A stretch of 64,000 nucleotides of DNA from Candidatus Latescibacterota bacterium (lineage in GTDB: Bacteria > Latescibacterota > UBA2968 > UBA8231). The stretch covers positions 1,568,001-1,632,000 of the forward strand of contig OZ241889.1 of the NCBI GenBank assembly GCA_965203355.1. The letters run 5' to 3'. Positions 38,729 to 47,651 of this stretch are shown piece by piece. A program made the position numbers and the translations under genes. Position 1 is the first letter of the stretch. Each line of letters opens with the position of its first letter. The notes below the pieces were generated by a model. That model saw only the letters and a program-made list of their open reading frames with translations, made no database searches and had not been told where the DNA came from.

Positions 38729-39940
38729 ATGAAGATCGCCTACTTCGACTGCTTCTCTGGTATCAGCGGCGACATGATCTTGGGTGCCTTGCTCGACGCG
38801 GGTCTCTCGCTAGCGGACCTCAACCGAGAAATTGCCAAACTGGGCGTCGAGGGCGTCGCCATTGAACGCGAATCCACCGCCCGACACGCCATTGCCGCCA
38901 CCCGCGCCAAGGTCTGCGCGGCGGGTGCGCCGTTGGCCGACGCTGAACACCATCTCGACCTGTCTGGCGCGCCCGCGCCCGCGCACCCCCACGCCCACCT
39001 CAAAGACATCACCAGCCGCATTGCCGCTAGCCGCTTAGACGCCGTCGTCAAGGAGCGCTCCATCCGCATCTTTGAGCGCCTGTGCGCCGCCGAAGCCGAG
39101 GTACACAATGCCACGTCCGCCGAAGTCGCTCTGCACGAAGTGGGGGCCCTCGACGCCCTGATAGACGTAGTGGGGGCCGTGGCCGGTCTCCAACTCTTGG
39201 AGGTCGACGAGGTTTGCGCTTCGCCGCTGCGCTTTGGCACGGGCTTTGTGCGCTGTGTACACGGGTGCTATCCAGTGCCGGTGCCCGGCGTTTTGGCGCT
39301 CTGCCGCGACGTGCCGACCGAACAGACCGATATCCGCGCCGAGCTCGTCACCCCGACCGGGGCCGCGATCATCACCACCTTAGCTCGTTCTTTTGGGCCG
39401 CAGCCGCCCTTTTGCCAACAGGCCGTCGGCTATGGTGCGGGTCGCCGCGATTTAGAGGCCATCCCCAATCTCTTGCGCCTGCGCTTGGGCGAGCGCGCAC
39501 CGGCCAGCGAGCGCGCCCTGCTGATCGAAGCTAACATCGACGATATGAATCCAGAAGTGTACGGCTACCTCTTCGATCGGCTGCTAGCGCAGGGCGCGTA
39601 CGACGTGTACGCCACGCCGGTCCTGATGAAAAAGGGCCGCCCCGGCAACGTGCTCAGCGTCCTCGCTCCGGCGGGCCGCCTGGACGAGCTCGCCGCGCTC
39701 GTCCTGCGAGAAACAACGACCATCGGCCTGCGCTACTACGGAGTGGAACGCCGCGTCTTGGAACGCCAGATCCGCGCTGTTGCCACGCCGTACGGGGAGG
39801 TCAACGTCAAGTTTAGCTATCTGGACGGCCGCGGCCGGGTCGCTCCTGAATACGAGGATTGTGCGCGGCTAGCCCAACAGCACCAAGTGCCCTTGCTCTC
39901 CGTATATGAGGCCGCTCGGGCGGCCGCTATCAAGGAGTGA
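38729..39940 (+). CDS. larC: Nickel pincer cofactor nickel insertase
   Basis: Motifs YFDCFSGISGDM, HEVGALD, ELVTPTGAA, EANIDDM, MKKGRPG, ETTTIG, PEYED. Confidence 0.93.
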   Translation: MKIAYFDCFSGISGDMILGALLDAGLSLADLNREIAKLGVEGVAIERESTARHAIAATRAKVCAAGAPLADAEHHLDLSGAPAPAHPHAHLKDITSRIAASRLDAVVKERSIRIFERLCAAEAEVHNATSAEVALHEVGALDALIDVVGAVAGLQLLEVDEVCASPLRFGTGFVRCVHGCYPVPVPGVLALCRDVPTEQTDIRAELVTPTGAAIITTLARSFGPQPPFCQQAVGYGAGRRDLEAIPNLLRLRLGERAPASERALLIEANIDDMNPEVYGYLFDRLLAQGAYDVYATPVLMKKGRPGNVLSVLAPAGRLDELAALVLRETTTIGLRYYGVERRVLERQIRAVATPYGEVNVKFSYLDGRGRVAPEYEDCARLAQQHQVPLLSVYEAARAAAIKE

Positions 39941-39947
39941 TGACCTT

Positions 39948-40700
39948 ATGTTGCGATTGATTTTATGCGCGTTATGGCTGGTCCCGCTGTCGAGCCAAGC
40001 GGCGGAATGGCCCGCTTATAACGGCGACCTAGACGAATTCGACAGTATCCAGCACTTGCCGCCGGGCGAAGGCCCAGACCGCCTCGTGCTCGGCGACAAC
40101 GATGGCCGGCTTCACGTCTATGAAGAGCGCGACGGCACCTATGTCGAAGTATGGGACAGCGACTATCTCGAAGGGGCTGTGGCCGGCGTGTTCGTCCTCG
40201 ACATCAACGACGATCAGCTCGACGAGATCGTCGCATATACCGACCACGGTCGCGTGTATTACTTCGACTCGCAGGACTACGCGCTGCTGTGGAGTAGCTC
40301 GCCCAATGAATACGCCCGCATTACCAGCCTGACCATCGGCGATATTGACGATGACCCCCAGCCCGAGCTCGTGTTCTGCGCCGATGGCCGCTTGGTCGTG
40401 TACGATGGCCGCGACCAGTACGAGCAGTGGCGCAGCGACCAAACCGACTTGACGGCCCATCAGATACTCATCGGCGACGTAGATGGCGACGACGAAGACG
40501 AGATCGTGCTCAACGACGGCTACGTGTTCGACGCCCGCTTTTTCGACTTGGAGTGGAAGGCACCTTGGCCTTTTGGCGAGCGCATGGGCCTGCTCGATCT
40601 CGACGAAGACCAGATTCCAGAAGTCATCGGCGAATTTCAGGGCCGCTATCTGCGCATCTTTGACATTGATCTCCGGCGGGAAAAGTCGCTCAGCCGCTAG
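39948..40700 (+). CDS. Secreted protein with FG-GAP-like DxDxDxxxE repeats
   Basis: Signal peptide; repeats DINDDQLDEI, DIDDDPQPEL, DVDGDDEDEI, DLDEDQIPEV. Confidence 0.75.
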   Translation: MLRLILCALWLVPLSSQAAEWPAYNGDLDEFDSIQHLPPGEGPDRLVLGDNDGRLHVYEERDGTYVEVWDSDYLEGAVAGVFVLDINDDQLDEIVAYTDHGRVYYFDSQDYALLWSSSPNEYARITSLTIGDIDDDPQPELVFCADGRLVVYDGRDQYEQWRSDQTDLTAHQILIGDVDGDDEDEIVLNDGYVFDARFFDLEWKAPWPFGERMGLLDLDEDQIPEVIGEFQGRYLRIFDIDLRREKSLSR

Positions 40701-40777
40701 CGGCCCGGCCTTGACACCTAAGCAACGGCCAGCGTATATACTCCCTTTCATCCCAACACCAACAAGGAGCGATTGCA

Positions 40778-41767
40778 ATGCGACCTGTCACCCTCTTTAC
40801 TGGCCAGTGGGCCGACCTGCCTATTGAGACTCTCTGCCAACAGGCCGTCGAGTTTGGCTACGATGGCTTGGAACTGGCCTGCTGGGGAGACCACTTTGAG
40901 GTTGACCGAGCCACAGATGCCTATTGCCAGGCCAAGCGCGAACTGCTCGCAAAATGCGATCTAGCGCTGTTTTCCATTTCCAATCACCTCGTCGGCCAAG
41001 CCGTGTGCGACCCCATCGACAGCCGCCACCAAGCCATCCTGCCCCCGCGCATCTTCGGCGATGGCGATCCAGAGGGGGTGCGCCAGCGCGCCGCCCAAGA
41101 AATGATCGCCACGGGACAAGCGGCCGCCCGGCTCGGGGTTGACGTGGTCAACGGCTTTACTGGCTCGTCGATTTGGCACCTGCTCTATTCATTCCCGCCG
41201 GTATCTCCCAGCATGATCGAGGCTGGGTACGCGGATTTTGCCGCGCGCTGGAAACCTATACTCGACCAATACCAAGCCCTCGGCGTCAAGTTTGCGCTGG
41301 AGGTCCACCCCACGGAAATCGCCTTTGACATGGCCTCGGCCGAACGCGCCATTCAAGCACTCGACGGCCATCCGGCCTTTGGCTTCAACTACGATCCCAG
41401 CCACCTCGGCTATCAGGGCGTGGACTACGTCGAGTTCATTTACCGATTCAGCGACCGCATTTTTCACGTCCACATGAAGGACGTAGGCTGGTCTGCGACG
41501 CCGACCGAGGCCGGGGTTTTTGGCGGGCACACCGAGTTCGGCGACCGTCGGCGCTATTGGGACTTCCGCTCGTTGGGCCGCGGCAACATTGACTTTGAGG
41601 AAATCATCCGCGCGCTCAATCGCATCAACTACCAAGGCCCGCTGTCGGTCGAATGGGAAGACAGCGGCATGGATCGCGTCCACGGCGCGACCGAAGCGGC
41701 CGCCTTCGTCAAGCAGGTCGATTTTCCGCCTTCGGACATGGCCTTTGACGCGGCGTTTGAGGACTAG
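40778..41767 (+). CDS. Sugar phosphate isomerase/epimerase (TIM barrel)
   Basis: Motifs [46 protein letters not shown]. Confidence 0.9.
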   Translation: MRPVTLFTGQWADLPIETLCQQAVEFGYDGLELACWGDHFEVDRATDAYCQAKRELLAKCDLALFSISNHLVGQAVCDPIDSRHQAILPPRIFGDGDPEGVRQRAAQEMIATGQAAARLGVDVVNGFTGSSIWHLLYSFPPVSPSMIEAGYADFAARWKPILDQYQALGVKFALEVHPTEIAFDMASAERAIQALDGHPAFGFNYDPSHLGYQGVDYVEFIYRFSDRIFHVHMKDVGWSATPTEAGVFGGHTEFGDRRRYWDFRSLGRGNIDFEEIIRALNRINYQGPLSVEWEDSGMDRVHGATEAAAFVKQVDFPPSDMAFDAAFED

Positions 41768-41769
41768 CG

Positions 41770-43329
41770 TTGCCGGGTTTTGTCGTCCTCCTAGTTGCTG
41801 CCGTCCTCGTCGCTTGCGGCCCAGAGGAACACCCGCAGCAGACCTTGGTTTTTGGTCGCGGCTCGGATTCGATCGGGTTAGATCCGGCGATTGAAAACGA
41901 CGGCGAATCGTTCAAGGTCTGCGACAACATCTACGAGACTTTGGTGACCTACGACAGGGAGAGCACGGCCGTGGTGCCGCAGCTTGCGCGTTCTTGGGAC
42001 ATTGCGGACGATCAGCTCACCTGGACCTTCCACTTGCGCTCGGGGATCCGCTTCCACGACGGCACCCCCTTCAACGCCGAGGCCATGCTGTTTTCGCTCG
42101 GGCGGCAGTTTGACAAAGAGCATCCCTTCCACGAGGTCACCGGCTCGTACAAATACTGGCAGGCCATGGGCATGGACGACATTGTCGCCGCGCTAGCAGC
42201 CCCGGACGACTCGACTTTTGTCATTCGCCTCAGAGAGCCTCACGCCCCCTTCTTGGCGAACTTGGCGATGAACTTCTGTTCGGCCGTGAGTCCCACGGCG
42301 GTGGCCCGTTACGGCCGCGATTACTTCAAAAACCCGGTCGGCACCGGCCCCTTTCGCTTTGTCGAATGGCGCAAAGACGAGCGCATCGTCTTGGAGCGCA
42401 ATCCCGATTACTGGGGCCCCGAGCCGCCGCTTGACCGCCTAATTTTCAAGCCCATTCAGGAAGGCTCGATGCGCTTCTTGGAGCTTTCGCAGGGCACTAT
42501 TCAAGGCTTCGACAACCTCAGCCCCGAGTACATTGAGCCGATCCGCGCCGATCCCAACCTCCACCTTTTGACCCAGGCGGGCATGAATATCGGCTACTTG
42601 GCCATGAACATGGACAAGAAGCCCTTCGACGATGTGCGAGTGCGCCGCGCCGTCAACCACGCTGTGGATAAGCAAGCATTGGTGGATAATTTTTACGAGG
42701 GCTTGGCCATGCCAGCCAAAAATCCCATCCCGCCGACCTTGTGGAGTTACAACGACGCGATTGTGGGCTATGGCTATGATCCGGCCCAAGCGCGGGCCTT
42801 GCTGGCCGAAGCCGGTTATGCCGATGGCTTTGAAACCGAGTTGTGGGCCATGCCGGTGCCGCGCCCCTATATGCCACAGCCTAGCAAGATCGCCGAGGCG
42901 ATTCAGGCCGACTTGGAAAAGGTGGGCATTCGCGCACGCATTGTGTCTTGGGAATGGGGGACGTACTTGGACAAGGTGTTCGATGGCCAGCACCAGATGG
43001 CCTTGTTGGGCTGGACCGGCGACAACGGCGACCCAGACAACTTCCTCTACGTGCTCCTCGATTCCACCGCGGCCGTCAAGCCAGCCCAGAACATCGCCTT
43101 CTACCGCAGTGCCGAGCTACACACTGTGCTCGTTGAGGCCCGGCGCTCGACCGATCGCCGCGTGCGCACGCGACTCTATGCCCAAGCGCAGGAGATCGTC
43201 CACCGGGACGCGCCTTGGGTGCCGCTAGTACACGCGACGCAAACCGTGGTTTTTCAGCGCCGCGTCACCGGTTTCAAGCTGCATCCCACAGGCAGCAAGT
43301 GGTTTCATAGTACCGCGCTGGCCCCTTGA
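41770..43329 (+). CDS. dppA: Peptide ABC transporter substrate-binding lipoprotein (DppA-like)
   Basis: Lipobox LVAC; motifs LDPA, FHDGTPFNA, PVGTGPF, MPVPRPY, GWTGDNGDPDNF. Confidence 0.85.
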   Translation: MPGFVVLLVAAVLVACGPEEHPQQTLVFGRGSDSIGLDPAIENDGESFKVCDNIYETLVTYDRESTAVVPQLARSWDIADDQLTWTFHLRSGIRFHDGTPFNAEAMLFSLGRQFDKEHPFHEVTGSYKYWQAMGMDDIVAALAAPDDSTFVIRLREPHAPFLANLAMNFCSAVSPTAVARYGRDYFKNPVGTGPFRFVEWRKDERIVLERNPDYWGPEPPLDRLIFKPIQEGSMRFLELSQGTIQGFDNLSPEYIEPIRADPNLHLLTQAGMNIGYLAMNMDKKPFDDVRVRRAVNHAVDKQALVDNFYEGLAMPAKNPIPPTLWSYNDAIVGYGYDPAQARALLAEAGYADGFETELWAMPVPRPYMPQPSKIAEAIQADLEKVGIRARIVSWEWGTYLDKVFDGQHQMALLGWTGDNGDPDNFLYVLLDSTAAVKPAQNIAFYRSAELHTVLVEARRSTDRRVRTRLYAQAQEIVHRDAPWVPLVHATQTVVFQRRVTGFKLHPTGSKWFHSTALAP

Positions 43330-43332
43330 GCC

Positions 43333-44343
43333 ATGTACCGCTTTGTCCTCCGGCGGCTCATCGCGTTCTTGCCGACGCTGGCGGGGATTTCGCTTTTGGT
43401 TTTTCTGATGCTCCACTTGGTGCCGGGCGACCCGGCCCAGGTCATGCTCGGGGAGCGCGCCAATGCCGAGAGCTTGGCGGAGTTGCGTGCGACCCTGGGC
43501 CTCGACCAGCCCTTTCACGTGCAGTTCTACCGCTTCTTCACTGGCCTGTTGAGCGGCGATCTCGGCCGCTCGATTCGCACTCACGAGAAGATTACCACTG
43601 AACTCGTCCAGCGCTTCCCGGCCACGTGCGAGCTAACCTTGGCCAGTATGCTGCTGGCTATGACGATCGGCATCTCGGCTGGCTTGTGGGCTGCGGTGCG
43701 GCGGGGCAAGATCGCCGATCTGCTCAGCATGATCTTGGCCACGGCCGGCATTTCCATTCCCGTGTTTTGGCTGGCTCTGATGCTGGTGCTGCTGTTGGCC
43801 TTTTACGTGCCGATCTTTCCGGTGTCCGGCCGCTTGAGTACGCATATCTACTTTGAGCCGATTACCTATTTCTACGTGATCGACACCCTCGTACAGGGCG
43901 ATTTTGCGGCCTGCGGCGACGCGCTGTGGCACCTCTTCCTGCCAGCTCTGACTTTGGGGACCATTCCCATGGCTGTGATTGCGCGCATGACCCGCGCTAG
44001 CCTGCTCGACGTCCTCGGCGAGGACTACATCCGCACGGCGTGGGCCAAGGGCTTGCGGCGGCGGGTGGTGATTGTGCGCCACGCCCTGAAGAACGCCTTC
44101 ATCCCCACGCTTACGATCATTGCCCTCCAATTCGGCTACCTGCTCGGGGGCGCGGTTATCACCGAGACTATTTTCGCTTGGCCGGGGGTGGGACGCTGGC
44201 TCTTTTTGGCGGTGCAGGCACGCGACTTCCGCGCTGTGCAGGGCGGGGTTTTGCTGTTGGCCACGGTCTTTGTGTTGGCCAACCTCATCGCCGACCTGCT
44301 CTACGCTTGGCTGGATCCGCGGATACGCTACGACGAGGAATAA
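43333..44343 (+). CDS. dppB: Peptide ABC transporter permease (DppB-like)
   Basis: Motifs PGDPA, GDLGRS, RFPATCEL, DYIRTAWAKGL, ETIFAWPGVG, DPRIR. Confidence 0.9.
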   Translation: MYRFVLRRLIAFLPTLAGISLLVFLMLHLVPGDPAQVMLGERANAESLAELRATLGLDQPFHVQFYRFFTGLLSGDLGRSIRTHEKITTELVQRFPATCELTLASMLLAMTIGISAGLWAAVRRGKIADLLSMILATAGISIPVFWLALMLVLLLAFYVPIFPVSGRLSTHIYFEPITYFYVIDTLVQGDFAACGDALWHLFLPALTLGTIPMAVIARMTRASLLDVLGEDYIRTAWAKGLRRRVVIVRHALKNAFIPTLTIIALQFGYLLGGAVITETIFAWPGVGRWLFLAVQARDFRAVQGGVLLLATVFVLANLIADLLYAWLDPRIRYDEE

Positions 44344-44385
44344 AAATACCTGCGCCGGAACCGATCCCGGCTTTTTGCGATCGGC

Positions 44386-47283
44386 TCAAAATCCTTGGAG
44401 ATTAACCACCCATTCATAGCGCGAATCCCCTTCCTCAAAGCGGTAGGCGTAGCGCATGCCCATATCGAGTGGGATCGACTGTGAAAAAGGATGGAAATTA
44501 GCCGTCAGTTCGGCCCCGGCCGTTTGGTAGATTTTGGGAGGTTGCGCCTGGTCCTCACCCCGAGCGTAATCGCAAAAGAGGTTGACCTTGACGCGCTGGA
44601 GGTACACTAGCGCCCCCAAGTTCCAGTCTGGGTACGACAGCGGCAGCGCATAGTTGGCCGCCCCTTGGTAGAAGCGCTGGTGAAACTCGTAGTCGTAGCC
44701 GCGGATAAAGGGCTGTTCGCTTGCAAAGCGGTAGGGAAGGGCATCGGCCCCGGCTGGGTCCTGCCACTCGTAACCACCCGCTAGCTGTAGGCTGTGGTGG
44801 GCCGTCAGTCCGGGAAAGAGCAACCCCAATCGCCCCGACAGCAAGGTGCCGTCGTAGTCGCCGGCAAAGGGCGTGTGGCGGTAGATTAGCTGTAGGCTCT
44901 GACCCCAAGCCGGGGCCAGATCGCGGTGGGCTGGGTGGCGCGCCCGCCCGAAAGTTAGTTGGTACGTCAGCGGCGCAAAGCGTCCGTTGTGGTTTTCTGT
45001 CAACACGCCTTGTATTGCTTGGTTGACACTGCTTGAGTCGGGCCAAAAGAGGTCATCTTCGGGCCGGTTGAGGGCATCCCTACTGTCGATGTCGGCCCAT
45101 TCTGCCTTTGCACTCAAATAGACGAAAGACTGCCACGGGCCGCGAGAAAAATTCAAGGGCAATTCAACGCCAGCACTTAGGCTCTTTTCAGTCCACTTGT
45201 CCGTTTTGACCTTGAGGCTGTCGCCTTCTGTTGATCTCGTTTTGATCTTGTAGTCTCCGACCCGCTCGCCCCAGCGCCCGCCGACGCTGAAGATGGGATA
45301 CCACGCCGCGAGGCTAAAATCGCCCACGGCGCTGAAGGCACGCTCGTTGTGGTTGTATTCGACTCCGCCCTGTACGCTGCTGAGATTGAGCAAATCGCTG
45401 GACGTGAGACTGAGGGCATAGCGCGGCGGCAAGGGACTGTAAGACCAGCTGTGAACCCTGAGCAGATGGCCCAGCGGCCGATAGCCGCTCACCGGATAGA
45501 TCCGCTGTGGGATGTCGGCTAACACCGGGCCGCCCTGCTCTTGGGCGATCAGCGGTTCGTAATAGCGCACTTGGCGGTCTGCGACCTGCTCAATCGGCGT
45601 CCAAGTCGCCGGGTCTAAGGGCATGACCGCGATGCGGTAGCCATCAACGGTGTACTCTTGAAACAGAAGCGAATCGCCGGACACGGCCGCGTGGATTGCG
45701 GCCAGCGGTCGCGAGGTCACTTGGTAGCGCGCCCCGCTCGTCAGATGGACCGCGTGGATGTTGTCAATCCCCCCATAGGGCGAGTCGAACAGCAGGTAGG
45801 AATCCCAGAAAACCGGCCCGCCTATATCGTCGTGCGTGTGCGGCAGCACGATCTGCCCTTGGCCCTTGGTCGCGTCAATGCGCTCGATGGCATTGCCGAG
45901 TGTATCCTGCCGCACCACGGCGATATAGCGCCCGTCCGCCGACCACGCTGGGGTGCGCCACAAGACCCCGTCGGGTGCTGAGAAACGGGCTTGCTCGGCA
46001 CCACTGGCGGTCTCCAACAGCACCAAGTGACAGCGCCGGTCCGGGCCGAATTCAACGGCGGCGATGCGCGTGCCATCAGCAGAAGGAGTCGGGGCGAACA
46101 GCTTGGCCTTGTGGGTGAGTTGGCGCGTCTGGCCGCTGTTGATGTCGAGCACCATCACATCGGAATAGTCGCGAAAGCCCCAGCGCCGGTCCGGGGTAGA
46201 GCGGTTCCAAGCTACTTTATCGCCGCCCACGCGGATGCTGCCAAGCGATTGGTAAAAGCGCGTGCGTTCCTCGCGGCCGGTGGGGTATAGTCGCACCAGC
46301 GTTGCCGGGTCGGCCAAGCCGCTTTTGCTCGCCAGTACGCTGCCGTCAGCGAGCGGTTGTGGGTGTTGGTAGTTGGTCCAGATGCCCGACCGGCTCTGCC
46401 CGGCGAGCACCCGGGCCCGCGTCGTGGGCAGGTCTTTTTGCTGGGTCTGCCACAGCTCGGTCAGCTCGTCCATCGTCTGCTCGTAGGTCTGGGCGGTGCT
46501 GGCTCCAGTGTACTTCTTGAGTGCCCGGCTAAAGGCAAAGGGGTGGAACCCCCACCTCGCGGTGCGGCCTAGCACCTTGTCCCAGATCTCCGGCCCATAG
46601 CGGCGCTTGACGTAGGTCGTCATAAAATACCCCAGCGAGTAGTGATCCGGGGACCAATCGCGGTACGAGCGGTGGTAGGCCTTGTAATAGGAATAGCGCC
46701 GTCCCGCCAAAAGCAGTGCCCGGATGTCCAGAGCAAACCGGGGTACGCGCCCCCGTCCGGTTTCGCTCAGCGCCGTCTCGACCCCCACGGCATCCCCCTC
46801 CCAAAACCACGATGGCACCAATAGGGCACTCGCCGCGGCTTGGCCCTGTTCGCCGGACAGGAGCCACGCTAGGCGGACGAGGCCCCGGCGCATGCGGTCG
46901 AATTGCACCACGTGCCGCATCTCGTGGACTGCCAGCAACTGGTACCACTCGCCGCTGAGTAGCCCCGCGTTTTGGGGCGGGGTGCTGAACCACACGCTGC
47001 GGCGCGGTGCCAAGGCGACAAAGCCGTTGGGCTGAGTCAGTTGGTTGACCAACACCACATCGAGCGGCTTGTGCGGCCCCTGCAGTGTTTTGGCGACCGG
47101 GCCGTAAATGTGTTCGAGCGTATTGGCTACCCGTTGGGCATCGGCGGTGATTGCCGCGGGGAAAACGACTTTGAATTGCTCGGTTTGGATCTGTCGCCAG
47201 TCCAAGCCGGGGGGGTTTTGCTGCGCGATCAACGGACCGGCGATCCCCGCCGCCAGTGCGACGGCTTTTAGCATTTTGGGCAT
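44386..47283 (-). CDS. Outer membrane protein: HExxH metallopeptidase-like domain, TolB-like propeller, probable C-terminal beta-barrel
   Basis: Signal peptide; HEMRH..WFWEGDA; PSADG / WSADG repeats; IRGY motif; terminal Phe. Confidence 0.7.
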   Translation of the reverse strand: MPKMLKAVALAAGIAGPLIAQQNPPGLDWRQIQTEQFKVVFPAAITADAQRVANTLEHIYGPVAKTLQGPHKPLDVVLVNQLTQPNGFVALAPRRSVWFSTPPQNAGLLSGEWYQLLAVHEMRHVVQFDRMRRGLVRLAWLLSGEQGQAAASALLVPSWFWEGDAVGVETALSETGRGRVPRFALDIRALLLAGRRYSYYKAYHRSYRDWSPDHYSLGYFMTTYVKRRYGPEIWDKVLGRTARWGFHPFAFSRALKKYTGASTAQTYEQTMDELTELWQTQQKDLPTTRARVLAGQSRSGIWTNYQHPQPLADGSVLASKSGLADPATLVRLYPTGREERTRFYQSLGSIRVGGDKVAWNRSTPDRRWGFRDYSDVMVLDINSGQTRQLTHKAKLFAPTPSADGTRIAAVEFGPDRRCHLVLLETASGAEQARFSAPDGVLWRTPAWSADGRYIAVVRQDTLGNAIERIDATKGQGQIVLPHTHDDIGGPVFWDSYLLFDSPYGGIDNIHAVHLTSGARYQVTSRPLAAIHAAVSGDSLLFQEYTVDGYRIAVMPLDPATWTPIEQVADRQVRYYEPLIAQEQGGPVLADIPQRIYPVSGYRPLGHLLRVHSWSYSPLPPRYALSLTSSDLLNLSSVQGGVEYNHNERAFSAVGDFSLAAWYPIFSVGGRWGERVGDYKIKTRSTEGDSLKVKTDKWTEKSLSAGVELPLNFSRGPWQSFVYLSAKAEWADIDSRDALNRPEDDLFWPDSSSVNQAIQGVLTENHNGRFAPLTYQLTFGRARHPAHRDLAPAWGQSLQLIYRHTPFAGDYDGTLLSGRLGLLFPGLTAHHSLQLAGGYEWQDPAGADALPYRFASEQPFIRGYDYEFHQRFYQGAANYALPLSYPDWNLGALVYLQRVKVNLFCDYARGEDQAQPPKIYQTAGAELTANFHPFSQSIPLDMGMRYAYRFEEGDSRYEWVVNLQGF

Positions 47284-47324
47284 CACATTCGCTCTCCTCG
47301 ATGACAGTTGGTGAAACATGCTTA

Positions 47325-47469
47325 GAAGCGTTTTTAAAATTATTCTTATTGTTTTTTGAGCCCCAAAAAGTGCCTAGTAGTAATGGAGTCTCGCCCGCGG
47401 AAAACGCCCGATCCAGGAACCTCTCGACTGCCCGTTGAAAAAGTCCGACGAGAATTTTAAAAAGGCTTC
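47325..47469. mobile_element. MITE, 145 bp, with terminal inverted repeats and TTA target duplication
   Basis: Ends GAAGCGTTTTTAAAATT ... AATTTTAAAAAGGCTTC; TTA at 47322-47324 and 47470-47472; second copy at 52131-52265. Confidence 0.85.
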
Positions 47470-47570
47470 TTAGGTAGGGCGGGCATTTGCGACTGAAGAG
47501 GTAGGATACAGCACGTGCTCCACGCTTGACTCGACCCCACATTCGTCACACACGTACGCTCCCGAAAAAT

Positions 47571-47612
47571 AAAAAAGTGGAGGCAACGAACAAAGCCGTT
47601 ACCTCCACTTTT
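47571..47612 (-). terminator. Intrinsic terminator downstream of the spondin-domain gene
   Basis: AAAAGTGGAGG...CCTCCACTTTT hairpin with A/T runs on both sides. Confidence 0.75.
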
Positions 47613-47651
47613 CGCGTTTAACAGTGCCTATGTCGCTGGCACTGCGTTATC

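Noticed and set aside
38729-39940. Stand-alone larC as a novel nickel-pincer system
   Set aside because: larB, larC and larE are commonly dispersed in genomes, and nothing nearby suggests a new pathway.
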